NCBI GenBank assembly: GCA_963825055.1 | Contig: CAWGSK010000013.1 | Location: 64,001-128,000 of the forward strand | Origin: an uncultured Gemmatimonadales bacterium | GTDB lineage: Bacteria; Gemmatimonadota; Gemmatimonadetes; Gemmatimonadales; GWC2-71-9 | DNA: 64,000 nt | Reading direction: 5' to 3' | Shown here: positions 31,804 to 42,127 of the stretch, in pieces | How the letters are laid out: the number at the start of each line of letters is the position of its first letter | Position numbering within the stretch: position 1 is the stretch's first letter | Position numbers and translations under genes: made by a program | Notes under the pieces: model-generated | What the model saw: only the letters and a program-made list of their open reading frames with translations | What the model was told of the DNA's origin: nothing | Databases searched by the model: none

Positions 31804-32834
31804 TCAGCCCCCCCGCGTATGCATCTCCCGGTGCGGGTCGGCGCGCAGCCCGTCGAGCTGGTAGAGGGCGCCACGGTCCGCGAGGGCGGCGCGCTCCTCG
31901 GCGCCGCGGTCGGTGCGGGCCGACCAGGTGCGGTGGATGAGTTCGGTGAGCTCGGCGTCGCTGGCGCCGGCGCGCAGCGGCTCGCGCAGGTCCACGCCGG
32001 ACTGCGCGTACAGGCAGAGATACCACGTCCCGTCGGCGGTCAGGCGGCTCCGGTCGCAGTCGCGGCAGAACGGCGCCGTGGTGCTGGCGATGATGCCGAA
32101 ACGGGTGCCGTCGGGGAGGGTCCAGGTGTCGGCCGGCGCACGCGGGTCGCCCGCCTCCGCCGTGATCTCCCCGAACCGTGCGCGGATCGCCGCAAGCATC
32201 TGCTCCCGGCTCACCACCTGGTCCATCGACCATCCGGTGGCGCCCCCCACGTCCATGTACTCGATGAAGCGGACCTCGATCGCCGCGATCCCTGCCGAAC
32301 TCGAGGAGCGGGATGATCTCGTCCTCGTTGAAGCCGCGGATGATCACGGCGTTGAGCTTGGTGCCGGTAAACCCCGCCTCCCGGGCGGCGTCCAGCCCGC
32401 GCAGGACATCCGCGTGCCTGCCGCTTCTCGCGAAGCGGGCGAAGCGTCCGGGGTCGAGCGTGTCGAGGCTGACGGTGAGGCGACGGAGCCCGGCCTCGCG
32501 GAGCGCCACGGCGTGACGCGCGAGGAGGACCCCGTTGGTGGTGAGCGCCAGGTCATCCGCGCGAGGGACCGCCGCCAGCATCCCCACCAGCGTGGGCAGC
32601 TCGTTGCGGAGCAGCGGTTCGCCGCCCGTGAGGCGCAGCTTCCGCGCGCCGAGGGCGGTGAAGAGGCCGGCCAGGCGGGTGGTCTCCTCGAAGGAGAGGA
32701 TGGAATCGCGCGGGAGCCAGACATAGCTCTCCTCCGGCATGCAGTAGCGGCAACGGAGGTTGCACCGGTCGGTCACCGAGATGCGGAGGCTCCCGAGCGG
32801 GCGGCTCGAAGCGATCCCTCCGGGGAGCCGTCAC
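31804..32834 (-). pseudogene. moaA: GTP 3',8-cyclase MoaA with two frameshifts (about 32803 and 32285); may be sequencing errors
   Basis: DRF/RPLGSLRISVTDRCNLRCRYCMP, LTGGEPLLR, FCRDCDRSRLTADG, C-terminal MHTRGG, spread over three ORF segments. Confidence 0.85.
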
Positions 32835-33275
32835 GATGCGGACCTTCCCTTCCGCCGGTCCCGCCGGGAGCGGTCGGGTCCACCCACGCGACCGACCCGT
32901 CGGCGTAGTGCTCGCGCTTCCAGACGGGAAGGCGGGACTTTACTTCCTCGATGACCCATCGGCAGGCGTCGAACGCCTCGGCGCGATGGGGCCCGCCCAC
33001 CGCCACCGCGACCGCGACGTCACCGATGGCGAGCACGCCCGTCCGGTGCCGAAGCGCAACCGTCACGGGCCAGCGGCGCCGGCTTCCTCCAGGATCTCCT
33101 GCGCAACCGACTCGGCCATCTCGGGATAGGCACTGTATTCGAGGCGTTCCACCGCGCGTCCCTGGTGATGATCCCGCACGATGCCGGTGAAGGTCGCCAC
33201 CGCTCCGTGGGCGGCGTCGGCCACGTCGGCCGCAAGGGCGGCCACGTCGATCGGGTCCGCAGTCAGGCAGGCCAT
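32773..33275 (-). pseudogene. moaE: Molybdopterin synthase catalytic subunit with a frameshift near 33075
   Basis: GAVATFTGIVR..LEYSAYPEMA in one frame; HRTG.LAIGD, PHRAEAF, PVWKREHY in another. Confidence 0.85.
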
Positions 33276-33277
33276 GG

Positions 33278-33540
33278 TCAGCCGCCCGCCACCGGAGGCA
33301 GGATGGCCAGTTCGTCTCCCTCGTGGACGATCTCGTCGCCCCGAGCCTGGACGGCATTGAGCGCGCAGAGCGGCCGGGGCGGGATCACCTCGGCCCCGGG
33401 AACGGTGGAGCGGATGCGCTGAGCAGGTCCCGAACGGTCACCGGGCCGTCGAAGGGGAGCGCAAGGCGTTCCACCCCCACGAGTTCCGCGTACCGGGCGA
33501 AGAACCGAACCTCAATCGTTGCCGTGCGGGTCTGTGTCAT
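33278..33540 (-). pseudogene. moaD: Molybdopterin synthase sulfur carrier with a frameshift near 33415
   Basis: VRFFARYAELVG at the N-terminus; GDELAILPPVAGG-stop in another frame; span of 263 nt is not a multiple of 3. Confidence 0.85.
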
Positions 33541-33621
33541 CTGGTCCGTTCGAAACAAAATGGGCCGCGATGGGTGAACCATCGGGCGAGACGTGGTGTT
33601 CCCGAAATCCCGGTGGAACGC

Positions 33622-33650
33622 AAAAGGGGAGCCGGACACCCGGCTCCCCT
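33622..33650 (-). terminator. Intrinsic terminator after HU gene
   Basis: Stem AGGGGAGCCGG/CCGGCTCCCCT with 4-nt loop, followed by a short T run on the minus strand. Confidence 0.75.
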
Positions 33651-33672
33651 CTGTGCCCCCGTGTCCAGCGCC

Positions 33673-34011
33673 TCAGGAGGAGGAAGCGGCGGCCTCTCCC
33701 GGCCCGGAGGACTGGTCCTCCTCCGCAACCATTGTCCGTAACTCCTTGCTGGGCTTGAACACCGGGACGGGACGCGCCGCCACTTCCACCGGCTCACCCG
33801 TCCTGGGGTTCCGCGCCATCCTGGTCTTCCGCCGCCGGATCTTGAACGTTCCGAATCCGCGGACTTCGATGTTCTGCTGGTTGCTCAATGCCAGCTTGAT
33901 CGCGTCAAGAAACGCGTCCACCACCCGGGCACAATCCTTCTTGGAGATCATGGGGCCGGAGGTGCGGGCGATCGAGGCCGTGACCTGCTCCACGAGATCA
34001 GCTTTGGTCAT
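33673..34011 (-). CDS. HU/IHF family DNA-binding protein
   Basis: MTKADLV, IEVRGFGTF, ARNPRTGE, FKPSKEL. Confidence 0.95.
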   Translation of the reverse strand: MTKADLVEQVTASIARTSGPMISKKDCARVVDAFLDAIKLALSNQQNIEVRGFGTFKIRRRKTRMARNPRTGEPVEVAARPVPVFKPSKELRTMVAEEDQSSGPGEAAASSS

Positions 34012-34068
34012 TCATCCCCCTGGAAGACACGCCAAAAGGGTTCCTCGCGGAGAGGGCACCCAGAGGCG

Positions 34069-34097
34069 ATAGTACGGGCTTACCTGTTGACTGTCAA
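34069..34097 (-). promoter_or_regulatory. Sigma70-type promoter for the HU gene
   Basis: Minus strand TTGACA-17 nt-TACTAT. Confidence 0.8.
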
Positions 34098-34111
34098 GGG
34101 GTTGGGGCGCC

Positions 34112-35209
34112 TCAGGCGCCCCGATCCCGGATCAGGCGCAGGAATTGGCCAAAATGGGGGTAGGCATCGTGGGGTCCCGGAGAGGCCTCCGGGTGATACT
34201 GAACGGCGAAAATCGGTAAGTCCTTGTGTCGCAATCCCTCAACCGTTCCATCGTTCAGGTTGAGATGCGTAACCTCGAGATCCGGGGCCCCGGGCACGCC
34301 GGATTCGTCTCCCTCAACGGCGAAACCGTGGTTCTGCGAGGTGATCAGGACCTTCCCGGTGGCAAGATCCTTGACGGGGTGGTTTCCGCCCCGGTGCCCG
34401 TACGGCATCTTCGTGGTCCGCCCGCCAAAGCTCAAGGCCAGGAGCTGGTGCCCCAGGCAAATCCCGAAGGTGGGGACACCCGATTCGGCGACCGCCCGGA
34501 TGGGGCCGAAGGCGTAATCGACAGCGGCGGGATCGCCCGGGCCATTGCTGAGGAAGAGACCGTCCGGCTTGAGGTCCATGATCTCCTGTGCCGTAGCCCT
34601 CGCGGGAACGACCGTCACCCGAAAGCCCCGTCCCACCAGCATTTCCACGATATTCCGCTTCATGCCGAAGTCGCAGGCCACCACGTGCGGGCCTTCACCC
34701 TCGCTGTAGGCCGCCTCGACGGTCGCCCGCGAGGCGAGGTCCAGGCCGTCCATGGAGGGGGACGCCGCGAGCCGGCTCTCGAGGTCCCGCGATGGAGCGG
34801 TTCCCTCGGCGATCACCCCGCGCATGGCGCCGCGTTCCCGGATGTGCCGGGTGAGCCGGCGGGTGTCGACCTGCGCGATCACCGGGATGCCGTGCTCGCC
34901 CAGCCATTCACCGAGGTCCTGGGTTGCACGCCAGTTGCTCGCCCGACGTGCCAGTTCCCGGACGACGACGCCCGAGACCTGGGGCGATTTCGACTCCATG
35001 TCCTCCGGATTGACGCCGTAGTTGCCGATCATGGGCGCTGTCATGACGACGATCTGCCCCATGTAACTGGGGTCCGTGAACGTCTCCTGGTAGCCGCTCA
35101 TGCTGGTGGTGAAGACCACCTCGCCGAAGACCGGCCCACCAGGGGACGTCAGTTCCCCGGCATACCAGGTGCCGTCTTCGAGCAACACGAATGCGGGGCG
35201 GCCGGTCAT
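34112..35209 (-). CDS. carA: Carbamoyl-phosphate synthase small subunit
   Basis: GEVVFTTSMSGYQE.FTDPSY, SNGPGDP, GICLGHQ, QYHPEASPGP. Confidence 0.97.
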   Translation of the reverse strand: MTGRPAFVLLEDGTWYAGELTSPGGPVFGEVVFTTSMSGYQETFTDPSYMGQIVVMTAPMIGNYGVNPEDMESKSPQVSGVVVRELARRASNWRATQDLGEWLGEHGIPVIAQVDTRRLTRHIRERGAMRGVIAEGTAPSRDLESRLAASPSMDGLDLASRATVEAAYSEGEGPHVVACDFGMKRNIVEMLVGRGFRVTVVPARATAQEIMDLKPDGLFLSNGPGDPAAVDYAFGPIRAVAESGVPTFGICLGHQLLALSFGGRTTKMPYGHRGGNHPVKDLATGKVLITSQNHGFAVEGDESGVPGAPDLEVTHLNLNDGTVEGLRHKDLPIFAVQYHPEASPGPHDAYPHFGQFLRLIRDRGA

Positions 35210-35243
35210 CCGGCAGCCCCGCGACGTACGCATGCCGCCATGA

Positions 35244-35612
35244 TCAATTCGTGGAGTCCGGCGCCCCGGTTACCGGCGCCTGTGGCACCGCCGGGGTCGT
35301 GTTGTCGAGCGGGAGCGGCGCCGTCTGCGTGGGTGCGCCGGTCCCCTGCTGAAGCCGCTGCTGCAGTTCCGTGGTGCCCGCACTGCGGTTGGCCAGCATC
35401 ACCGACATCAGGAGCGACAGGAAGAGGAAGATCCCCCCGCCCCACCATGTGGCGCGGGTCAGGACGGTCACCGCCTGCCGGCCGCCGACGACCATGTCGG
35501 TCGAGCCGCCGCCCAGCGCGGCCAGGCCGCCGCCCTGTCCGGCCTGGAGCAGGATCGCGGTCGCGAGGACAATCGCGTCGATGATGAGCAGAATGAGCAG
35601 AAAAGTGTACAT
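35244..35612 (-). CDS. secG: Preprotein translocase subunit SecG
   Basis: ILLQAGQGGGLAALGGG, LTRAT; two TM helices; follows tpiA. Confidence 0.92.
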   Translation of the reverse strand: MYTFLLILLIIDAIVLATAILLQAGQGGGLAALGGGSTDMVVGGRQAVTVLTRATWWGGGIFLFLSLLMSVMLANRSAGTTELQQRLQQGTGAPTQTAPLPLDNTTPAVPQAPVTGAPDSTN

Positions 35613-35650
35613 GGGTCCCGGGTTCTGGTTTAGCCGGAAAATATAAGCGG

Positions 35651-35823
35651 GAGGGGTCGAGGGGTCGAGGGGTCGAGGGGTCGAGGGGTCGAGGGGTCGG
35701 CAGGCGGCAGGCGGCAGGCGGCAGGCGGCAGGCGGCAGGCGGCAGGCAGCGGCGGCAGCCCGGAAGGTACTCACCGCCCATTCACTACTCACTACTCACT
35801 ACTCACTACCCACTACTCACTGC
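35651..35823. repeat. Composite tandem arrays: (GAGGGGTC)x6, (GGCAGGC)x7, (TCACTAC)x6
   Basis: 35651-35698, 35699-35747 and 35782-35823; the last array contains the tpiA stop codon. Confidence 0.95.
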
Positions 35824-36563
35824 TCACCATCAACAACCTCCACCCAGATCCCCACCTCCAGGCTCGCCCCGCCCACCAGCACGCCGTCGAGTTCCTCCTC
35901 CGCCAGCAGGGCCTCGATGTTCTTCTGGTTGACGCTGCCGCCATAGAGGATGCGTGGCCCGGTGTGGCCCCGGGAGGTGAGTTCGGCCCGGAGCACCCGA
36001 TGGACCGCTGCGGCGTCCTCCGGCGTGGCGTTCCGCCCGGTGCCGATGGCCCAGACCGGCTCGTAGGCCACGACCACGCGGGAGATCTCGTCCGGCGAGA
36101 GGGTCGAGCAGGCCGTGCCCAGCTGGCGCACGACCACCTTCCCGGTCTCGCCCTCCTCACGCTCCTCCAGCTTCTCGCCCACGCAGAGCAGCGGGGTCAT
36201 GCCCGCACCGAGCAGCGCGCGAACCTTCCTGGCGGTGTCGGCCTCGGACTCGCCGAACAGGTGGCGGCGCTCCGAGTGCCCCACCAGCGCCACGGTGGCG
36301 CCGGCGCCCTGTGCCAGCGGAATGGAGGTGGCACCGGTGAAGGCGCCTTTCGGCTCCCAGTGCACGTCCTGCGCGCCCACCCGGATGTCGGGGCGGCCGG
36401 CGAAGGCCTGCGACGCGGCCTCGATGCTTACCGCGCTCGGGAAGAACCAGATGTCCCGGCCATCCACCGGCTGTACCCGGGCGAGAAAGTCTTTCGCAAA
36501 CGCGCGGACTTCTCCGGGCGCGAGGTGCATTTTCCAGTTAGCGGCAAAGAGCAGGGGTCGCAT
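35817..36563 (-). CDS. tpiA: Triosephosphate isomerase
   Basis: AANWKM, VGHSERR, AYEPVWAIGTG, LYGGSV, LVGGASL. Confidence 0.98.
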   Translation of the reverse strand: MRPLLFAANWKMHLAPGEVRAFAKDFLARVQPVDGRDIWFFPSAVSIEAASQAFAGRPDIRVGAQDVHWEPKGAFTGATSIPLAQGAGATVALVGHSERRHLFGESEADTARKVRALLGAGMTPLLCVGEKLEEREEGETGKVVVRQLGTACSTLSPDEISRVVVAYEPVWAIGTGRNATPEDAAAVHRVLRAELTSRGHTGPRILYGGSVNQKNIEALLAEEELDGVLVGGASLEVGIWVEVVDGEQ

Positions 36564-36566
36564 CAG

Positions 36567-37753
36567 TCAGGCCTCGTCGAGGGCGGCGACGCCGGGGAGG
36601 GTCCTGCCCTCGAGAAACTCGAGGGATGCCCCTCCGCCGGTGGACACGTGGGTCATGCGGTCCGACAACCCGGCCTCCGCCACCGCCGCCGCGGAGTCGC
36701 CTCCGCCGACGATGGTCACGGCTCCCGCGTCGGCCGCCTCCGCCATGGCCGTGGCCACGGCGCGCGTGCCATGATCGAACGGCGGGGTTTCGAACACGCC
36801 CATGGGGCCGTTCCAGATGACGGTGCCGGCGCCACGGATTCGTGACGCGAAGGCCTGCTCGGTCTCCGGATCGATGTCGAAGACCGCCCAGCCCGCCGGG
36901 ATGCTGTCCCGGGCGACGGTCCGGGTCTTCGCTGCCTTCTCCAGCCTCTCGGCGATCACGCCGCCGGAGGGCAGGACGAGCGTGTCACCCGCCTTCCCGA
37001 TCAGCTCGCGGGCCATCTCCACCCGGTCCTCTTCCACGAGCGAGGTGCCGGTCTCGATCCCCATCGCCCGGAAGAAGGTGCACGCCATCGCCCCGCCGAT
37101 CAGGATCCCGTCAACTTTCGGCAACAGCGCCTCGACCAGGTCGATCTTGCCGGAGATCTTGGCGCCGCCCAGCACGGCGACGAATGGACGCTTCGGGTCC
37201 CGGAGGGCCTCACCCAGGTAGTGGAGTTCTTTCTCCATCAGGAACCCGGACACCGCCGGCTTCAGCAGGTGGGCCACGGCCTCGGTGCTTGCATGCGCCC
37301 GATGGGCCGACCCGAACGCATCGTTCACGTACAGATCGCCCAGCGCGGCGAACGCCTTCGCCAGTTCAGGGTCGTTCTTCTCTTCCCCTGTCTGGAAGCG
37401 GGTGTTCTCCAGCAGGGCCACGGCCCCGCGCGGCAGCCGCTTCGTGGCGGCGATCGTCTCGGGGCTCAGCGGATCGTCGAGAAACTTTACCGGCTCGCCG
37501 AGGAGCGACTCGAGCGCCCGCGCGACGGGATGCAGGCTGAACTGCGGGTCGGCCTTGCCCTTCGGACGGCCCAGGTGGGAGAGCAGGATGACGCGGGCGC
37601 CGTGTTCGCGCAGGTAGTTGATGGTCGGAAGCGCCGCACGGATACGCGTGTCGTCCGTCACGCGCCCGTCGGCCAGCGGGGTGTTGAAGTCCACCCGCAC
37701 GAGCGCGCGCTGGCCCTCGAGCGTTGAGGCGGGGAGCGACTGCAGGCTCCGCT

Positions 37754-37757
<4 letters not shown>
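36567..37757 (-). CDS. pgk: Phosphoglycerate kinase
   Basis: [53 protein letters not shown] overlaps gap stop. Confidence 0.98.
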
Positions 37758-38761
<1,004 letters not shown>

Positions 38762-38791
38762 GCCGTTCTCCTGTGTCGGTAAGGTCCTGCC

Positions 38792-39523
38792 CTAGTGTCT
38801 CCGGTCCACCTGCAATCTAGCCCGGGCGAAGGTGACGGCGTCGACCGCGGACGCACCAGCCGCACGCAGCGCCATCGCGGCCGAGACGAGGGTCGCGCCG
38901 GTGGTGCAGACATCGTCCACCAGGACCGGCCGCCCGAGGGGAGGCACGGCTGCCCGGAAGGCGCCCGCCACGTTGGCCAGCCGGGCCTCCGGCGGCAGCG
39001 AGGTCTGGGTCGGCGTCTCCCTCGCTCGCGCCAGCACGTCCTCCCGGACCGGCAGCCCCAGCAGGCGCCCGAGTGCGTGGGCCAGACACGCGCTCTGGTT
39101 GTAGCCGCGCTCGCGACGGCGCCGGATGCCCAGCGGTACCGGCACCAGGAATACTGGCCCGGTCAACGGAGTTAAACCCGTCATCACCCGGGCCATCGAT
39201 TCCGTCACGCGCCACCAGCCTTCATACTTCGCCTGGTGCACCGCGTCACGCGCGCCACCGTCGAGCCACACCGCGCTCCGGACCCGACCCGGCACCGTGG
39301 GCCAGTCGGCGCAGAGCCGGCAGCCCACCTCCGGCAGGAGCCGGGGCTGGCCACACCGCTCGCAGGAGGGTTCGGGAAGCCGCTCCCACCGGGAACGGCA
39401 CAGCGCGCAGACGAGCGGGTCGCCCTGCCCCGCCCCGATCGGCTCCTGGCACAGCAGGCACTCGGCAGGCAGCAGCCACCGCTCCGCTCCCGCCAGCACA
39501 CCGGCGAGTTCAGCCAAGCGCAC
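38792..39523 (-). CDS. comF: ComF family protein (zinc ribbon plus PRTase domain)
   Basis: CxxC pairs, RGYNQ, LVDDVCTTGAT. Confidence 0.9.
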   Translation of the reverse strand: MRLAELAGVLAGAERWLLPAECLLCQEPIGAGQGDPLVCALCRSRWERLPEPSCERCGQPRLLPEVGCRLCADWPTVPGRVRSAVWLDGGARDAVHQAKYEGWWRVTESMARVMTGLTPLTGPVFLVPVPLGIRRRRERGYNQSACLAHALGRLLGLPVREDVLARARETPTQTSLPPEARLANVAGAFRAAVPPLGRPVLVDDVCTTGATLVSAAMALRAAGASAVDAVTFARARLQVDRRH

Positions 39524-40313
39524 GATGCACCGCCGCCCGCATGACCTCCACCGGCGCCGCCACGCCGGGAAACCACCGCTCGAACGCCTCGGCGCCCTGC
39601 GCGACCAGCATGAGACGGCCGTCGGAGGCTCGCGCTCCCGCCCGGCGCATGGCACGGATCCAGGCGGTCTCGCCGCGATGATAGACGAGGTCCAGCGCCA
39701 CCTCCACCCCCGACAGGGACGTGGGCTCTGCGGGCAGTGGATCGTCATCGCGATGGCCCAGGGGCGTGGCATTGATGGCGACGCGGCAGGCGGCCTCGTC
39801 CGCCCGTGCTCCGCCTTCCTGCTCGACCCATGAGAGAAAGGCGTCCCGGCGCTCCGCCGACCGCGACCGGGCCGCGACCGGCACCCCCTGCTCGATGGCC
39901 GCGAGGGCCGACGCGCGCGCGGCGCTCCCCGTGCCGAGCACGAGCCATCCGCCCCCGGGAGCCCCAAGCTCGTGGAGGGAGCCCAGCACCCCGGTGACAT
40001 CGGTGTTCTCACCGTGGAGCGTCCCGCCACGTCCGAAGAACGTGTTGCAGGCACCCGTGCGCTCGACCCTTCCCGAGGCATGACTGACCGCCGCACGGGC
40101 CCGCGCCTTGAACGGGGCGGTCACGTTGCCGCCGCCGCCATCGGCGGCCAGGGTGCGCATGAGGGAGGGAACGTCCTCAGGGGCAGGACGAAGGGCGACA
40201 TACACCGCGTCCAGACCCAGGGCCAGGAAAGCGGCGTTCTGCATCACGGGCGAGAGCGAGTGGGCCACGGGATCGCCAATCACGGCGAACACGCGGGTGC
40301 TACCCCTGATCAC
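39510..40313 (-). CDS. aroE: Shikimate dehydrogenase
   Basis: GDPVAHSLSP, NVTAPFK, ENTD, NATPLG, DG..MLVAQG. Confidence 0.93.
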   Translation of the reverse strand: MIRGSTRVFAVIGDPVAHSLSPVMQNAAFLALGLDAVYVALRPAPEDVPSLMRTLAADGGGGNVTAPFKARARAAVSHASGRVERTGACNTFFGRGGTLHGENTDVTGVLGSLHELGAPGGGWLVLGTGSAARASALAAIEQGVPVAARSRSAERRDAFLSWVEQEGGARADEAACRVAINATPLGHRDDDPLPAEPTSLSGVEVALDLVYHRGETAWIRAMRRAGARASDGRLMLVAQGAEAFERWFPGVAAPVEVMRAAVHRALG

Positions 40314-40770
40314 GTCCCGCCTCCCGCTCCATCCGTTCGAGCGTGTCCTCGATCAGGGCACGCAGCTCGATCCCGGTTTCGCGGTACATCTCCAGGTCGG
40401 CGCCGAACGGGTCCAGCACCTCCGCGTCCTCCGTATTCCGCCCGGCATACTCGCCGAGCAGGTGCACGCGATCGCCACCGCCGAGCGCGCGGGCGGCCTC
40501 CGCGTGATGGGGAGACATGGTCAGGATGAGGTCGGCCGACTCGACCAGGCCCTGGTCCAGCGGGCGCGAGCGGTGGGTGGAAAGATCGATCCCCTGCTCC
40601 AGCGCCACGAGATACGACCCCTCCGAGGCAGGCTCGCCGCCCGGGGCACTGGTACCCGCCGAGCTCACGGCAATGCCGACCATGCCACGTTCGGCCAGCA
40701 TCGCGCGCATGATGCCTTCGGCGAGCGGGCTGCGGCAGGTGTTGCCGGTGCAGACGAAGAGCACGTGCAT
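40300..40770 (-). CDS. Low molecular weight protein tyrosine/arginine phosphatase
   Basis: CTGNTCRSPLAE, SAGT, DPFG. Confidence 0.93.
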   Translation of the reverse strand: MHVLFVCTGNTCRSPLAEGIMRAMLAERGMVGIAVSSAGTSAPGGEPASEGSYLVALEQGIDLSTHRSRPLDQGLVESADLILTMSPHHAEAARALGGGDRVHLLGEYAGRNTEDAEVLDPFGADLEMYRETGIELRALIEDTLERMEREAGRDQG

Positions 40771-40781
40771 GCGCGCAGTCC

Positions 40782-41432
40782 TCAGGGAGCGAGGCGCCCG
40801 ACGGCGCGACGGAGTTCTTCACGGGGAATGGCCCCCGCGCGGACGAGTGCCGGGATGCGCGCGGTGCAGTCCACCAGGGTGGATGCAGGAACGTTGCCGA
40901 GGGCACCACCATCCAGCACCAGGAGCTGTCCGCTGTCGACCGCCTCGCGGAACAGCTCCGCCAGGGCCGTCGCCCCGGGAGCCGGCCGGCCCCCCGGGCG
41001 GTTCGCCGAGGTCGAGGTGATCGGGTAGCCCAGCTCGGACACCATCCGCGCGATCCCGGGATGCGAGGTATACCGCACCGCGATGCCGCCCTCGGGACCA
41101 CGCAGCCGGTCGGGCAGCTTCCCTTCCGCGCCGCGAAGCACGAGCGTGAGAGGCCCGGGCCAGAATACGTCGGCCATCGCCGCGGCCGATGGCGTAAACA
41201 CGAGGCCGTGCTCCTCCGCCATCCGCCTGCTCGACACGAGGAGCAGGAAGGGTTTCCCCTTCGGCCGGCCCTTGAGTTCGGCGAGCGCGCTGGTGCCGGC
41301 ATCGTCAGCGGAGCTGCCGAGCCCGTAGACCGTCTCCGTGGGGTAGCCCAGCAGGCCGCCGGACCGGAGATGCCGGTCCACCCCGGGAATGGCGGCGGTC
41401 ACGTCCTCCGGCGTCACGAACGGGAGGATCAT
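40782..41432 (-). CDS. tsaC: L-threonylcarbamoyladenylate synthase (TsaC/Sua5)
   Basis: YPTETVYGL, KGRP, FWPGPLT, STSAN. Confidence 0.93.
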   Translation of the reverse strand: MILPFVTPEDVTAAIPGVDRHLRSGGLLGYPTETVYGLGSSADDAGTSALAELKGRPKGKPFLLLVSSRRMAEEHGLVFTPSAAAMADVFWPGPLTLVLRGAEGKLPDRLRGPEGGIAVRYTSHPGIARMVSELGYPITSTSANRPGGRPAPGATALAELFREAVDSGQLLVLDGGALGNVPASTLVDCTARIPALVRAGAIPREELRRAVGRLAP

Positions 41433-42127
41433 GTCGCCACCCCGAGCAGGGCCTCGGCGATGGCGAGGTCGTCCGGCGACGTGATCTTGAGGTTCCGCGG
41501 GGAGTCCGGCACGATGTGCACCGGCCGGCCGAGGCGCTCGACCAGTTCGGCATCGTCGGTGGGGGGGCCGGAGCCATCGTCCCGGGCGGCGTGCGCCGCC
41601 TCCAGCGTATCCCGGAGGAATCCCTGCGGGGTCTGGGCGCGCCAGAGTCCGCGACGCGAGACGGTCTCCGCAATCCGGCGGCCATCGCTCCGGTCGTCCA
41701 CCCGCTTGAGCGTGTCGGCGAGGGGGATGGCGGCAATGGCGGCGCCGTGGGCCCGCGCCGCATCGATCACGCGGTCGATGGTGCCGTGATCGACCAGCGG
41801 GCGGGCGCCGTCGTGCACCAGCACCACGCGACAGGCACCGGAGAGCGCGCTGAGTCCGGCAGCCACCGAGTCGGCGCGCTCCTCCCCGCCAGGTACCAGG
41901 GTAAGCGTGCCGGCACGAAGCTCTGCGAGCCACGAAGGCGGTGCCGCGATGGCATCGGACGGGAGAACGACGACCGTCTCCACCACGTCCGCGTGCGCGA
42001 CAAACGGCCGCAGCGCGCGCAGGAGCACCGGTACGCCACCGAGCAGGAGGAATTGCTTCGGCATCTCCTCCCCCATACGCCGTCCGCGACCGCCGGCGAC
42101 CATGATCACCCCGACGTCACGCGGCAA
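41429..42127 (-). CDS. ispD: 2-C-methyl-D-erythritol 4-phosphate cytidylyltransferase
   Basis: AGGRGRRMG..PKQF, VHDGARP, AQTPQGF, TDD, NLKIT. Confidence 0.95.
   Translation of the reverse strand: MPRDVGVIMVAGGRGRRMGEEMPKQFLLLGGVPVLLRALRPFVAHADVVETVVVLPSDAIAAPPSWLAELRAGTLTLVPGGEERADSVAAGLSALSGACRVVLVHDGARPLVDHGTIDRVIDAARAHGAAIAAIPLADTLKRVDDRSDGRRIAETVSRRGLWRAQTPQGFLRDTLEAAHAARDDGSGPPTDDAELVERLGRPVHIVPDSPRNLKITSPDDLAIAEALLGVAT

Noticed and set aside
33541..33620. Moco riboswitch upstream of moaD
   Set aside because: Only small hairpins are visible and I cannot match the Moco RNA consensus by eye; an Infernal/Rfam scan would be needed.
35613..35792. Repetitive N-terminal extension of SecG (PPAACRL.., PLDPSTPR..)
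   Set aside because: It is the translation of intergenic DNA repeats; the SecG-like sequence starts at 35612.
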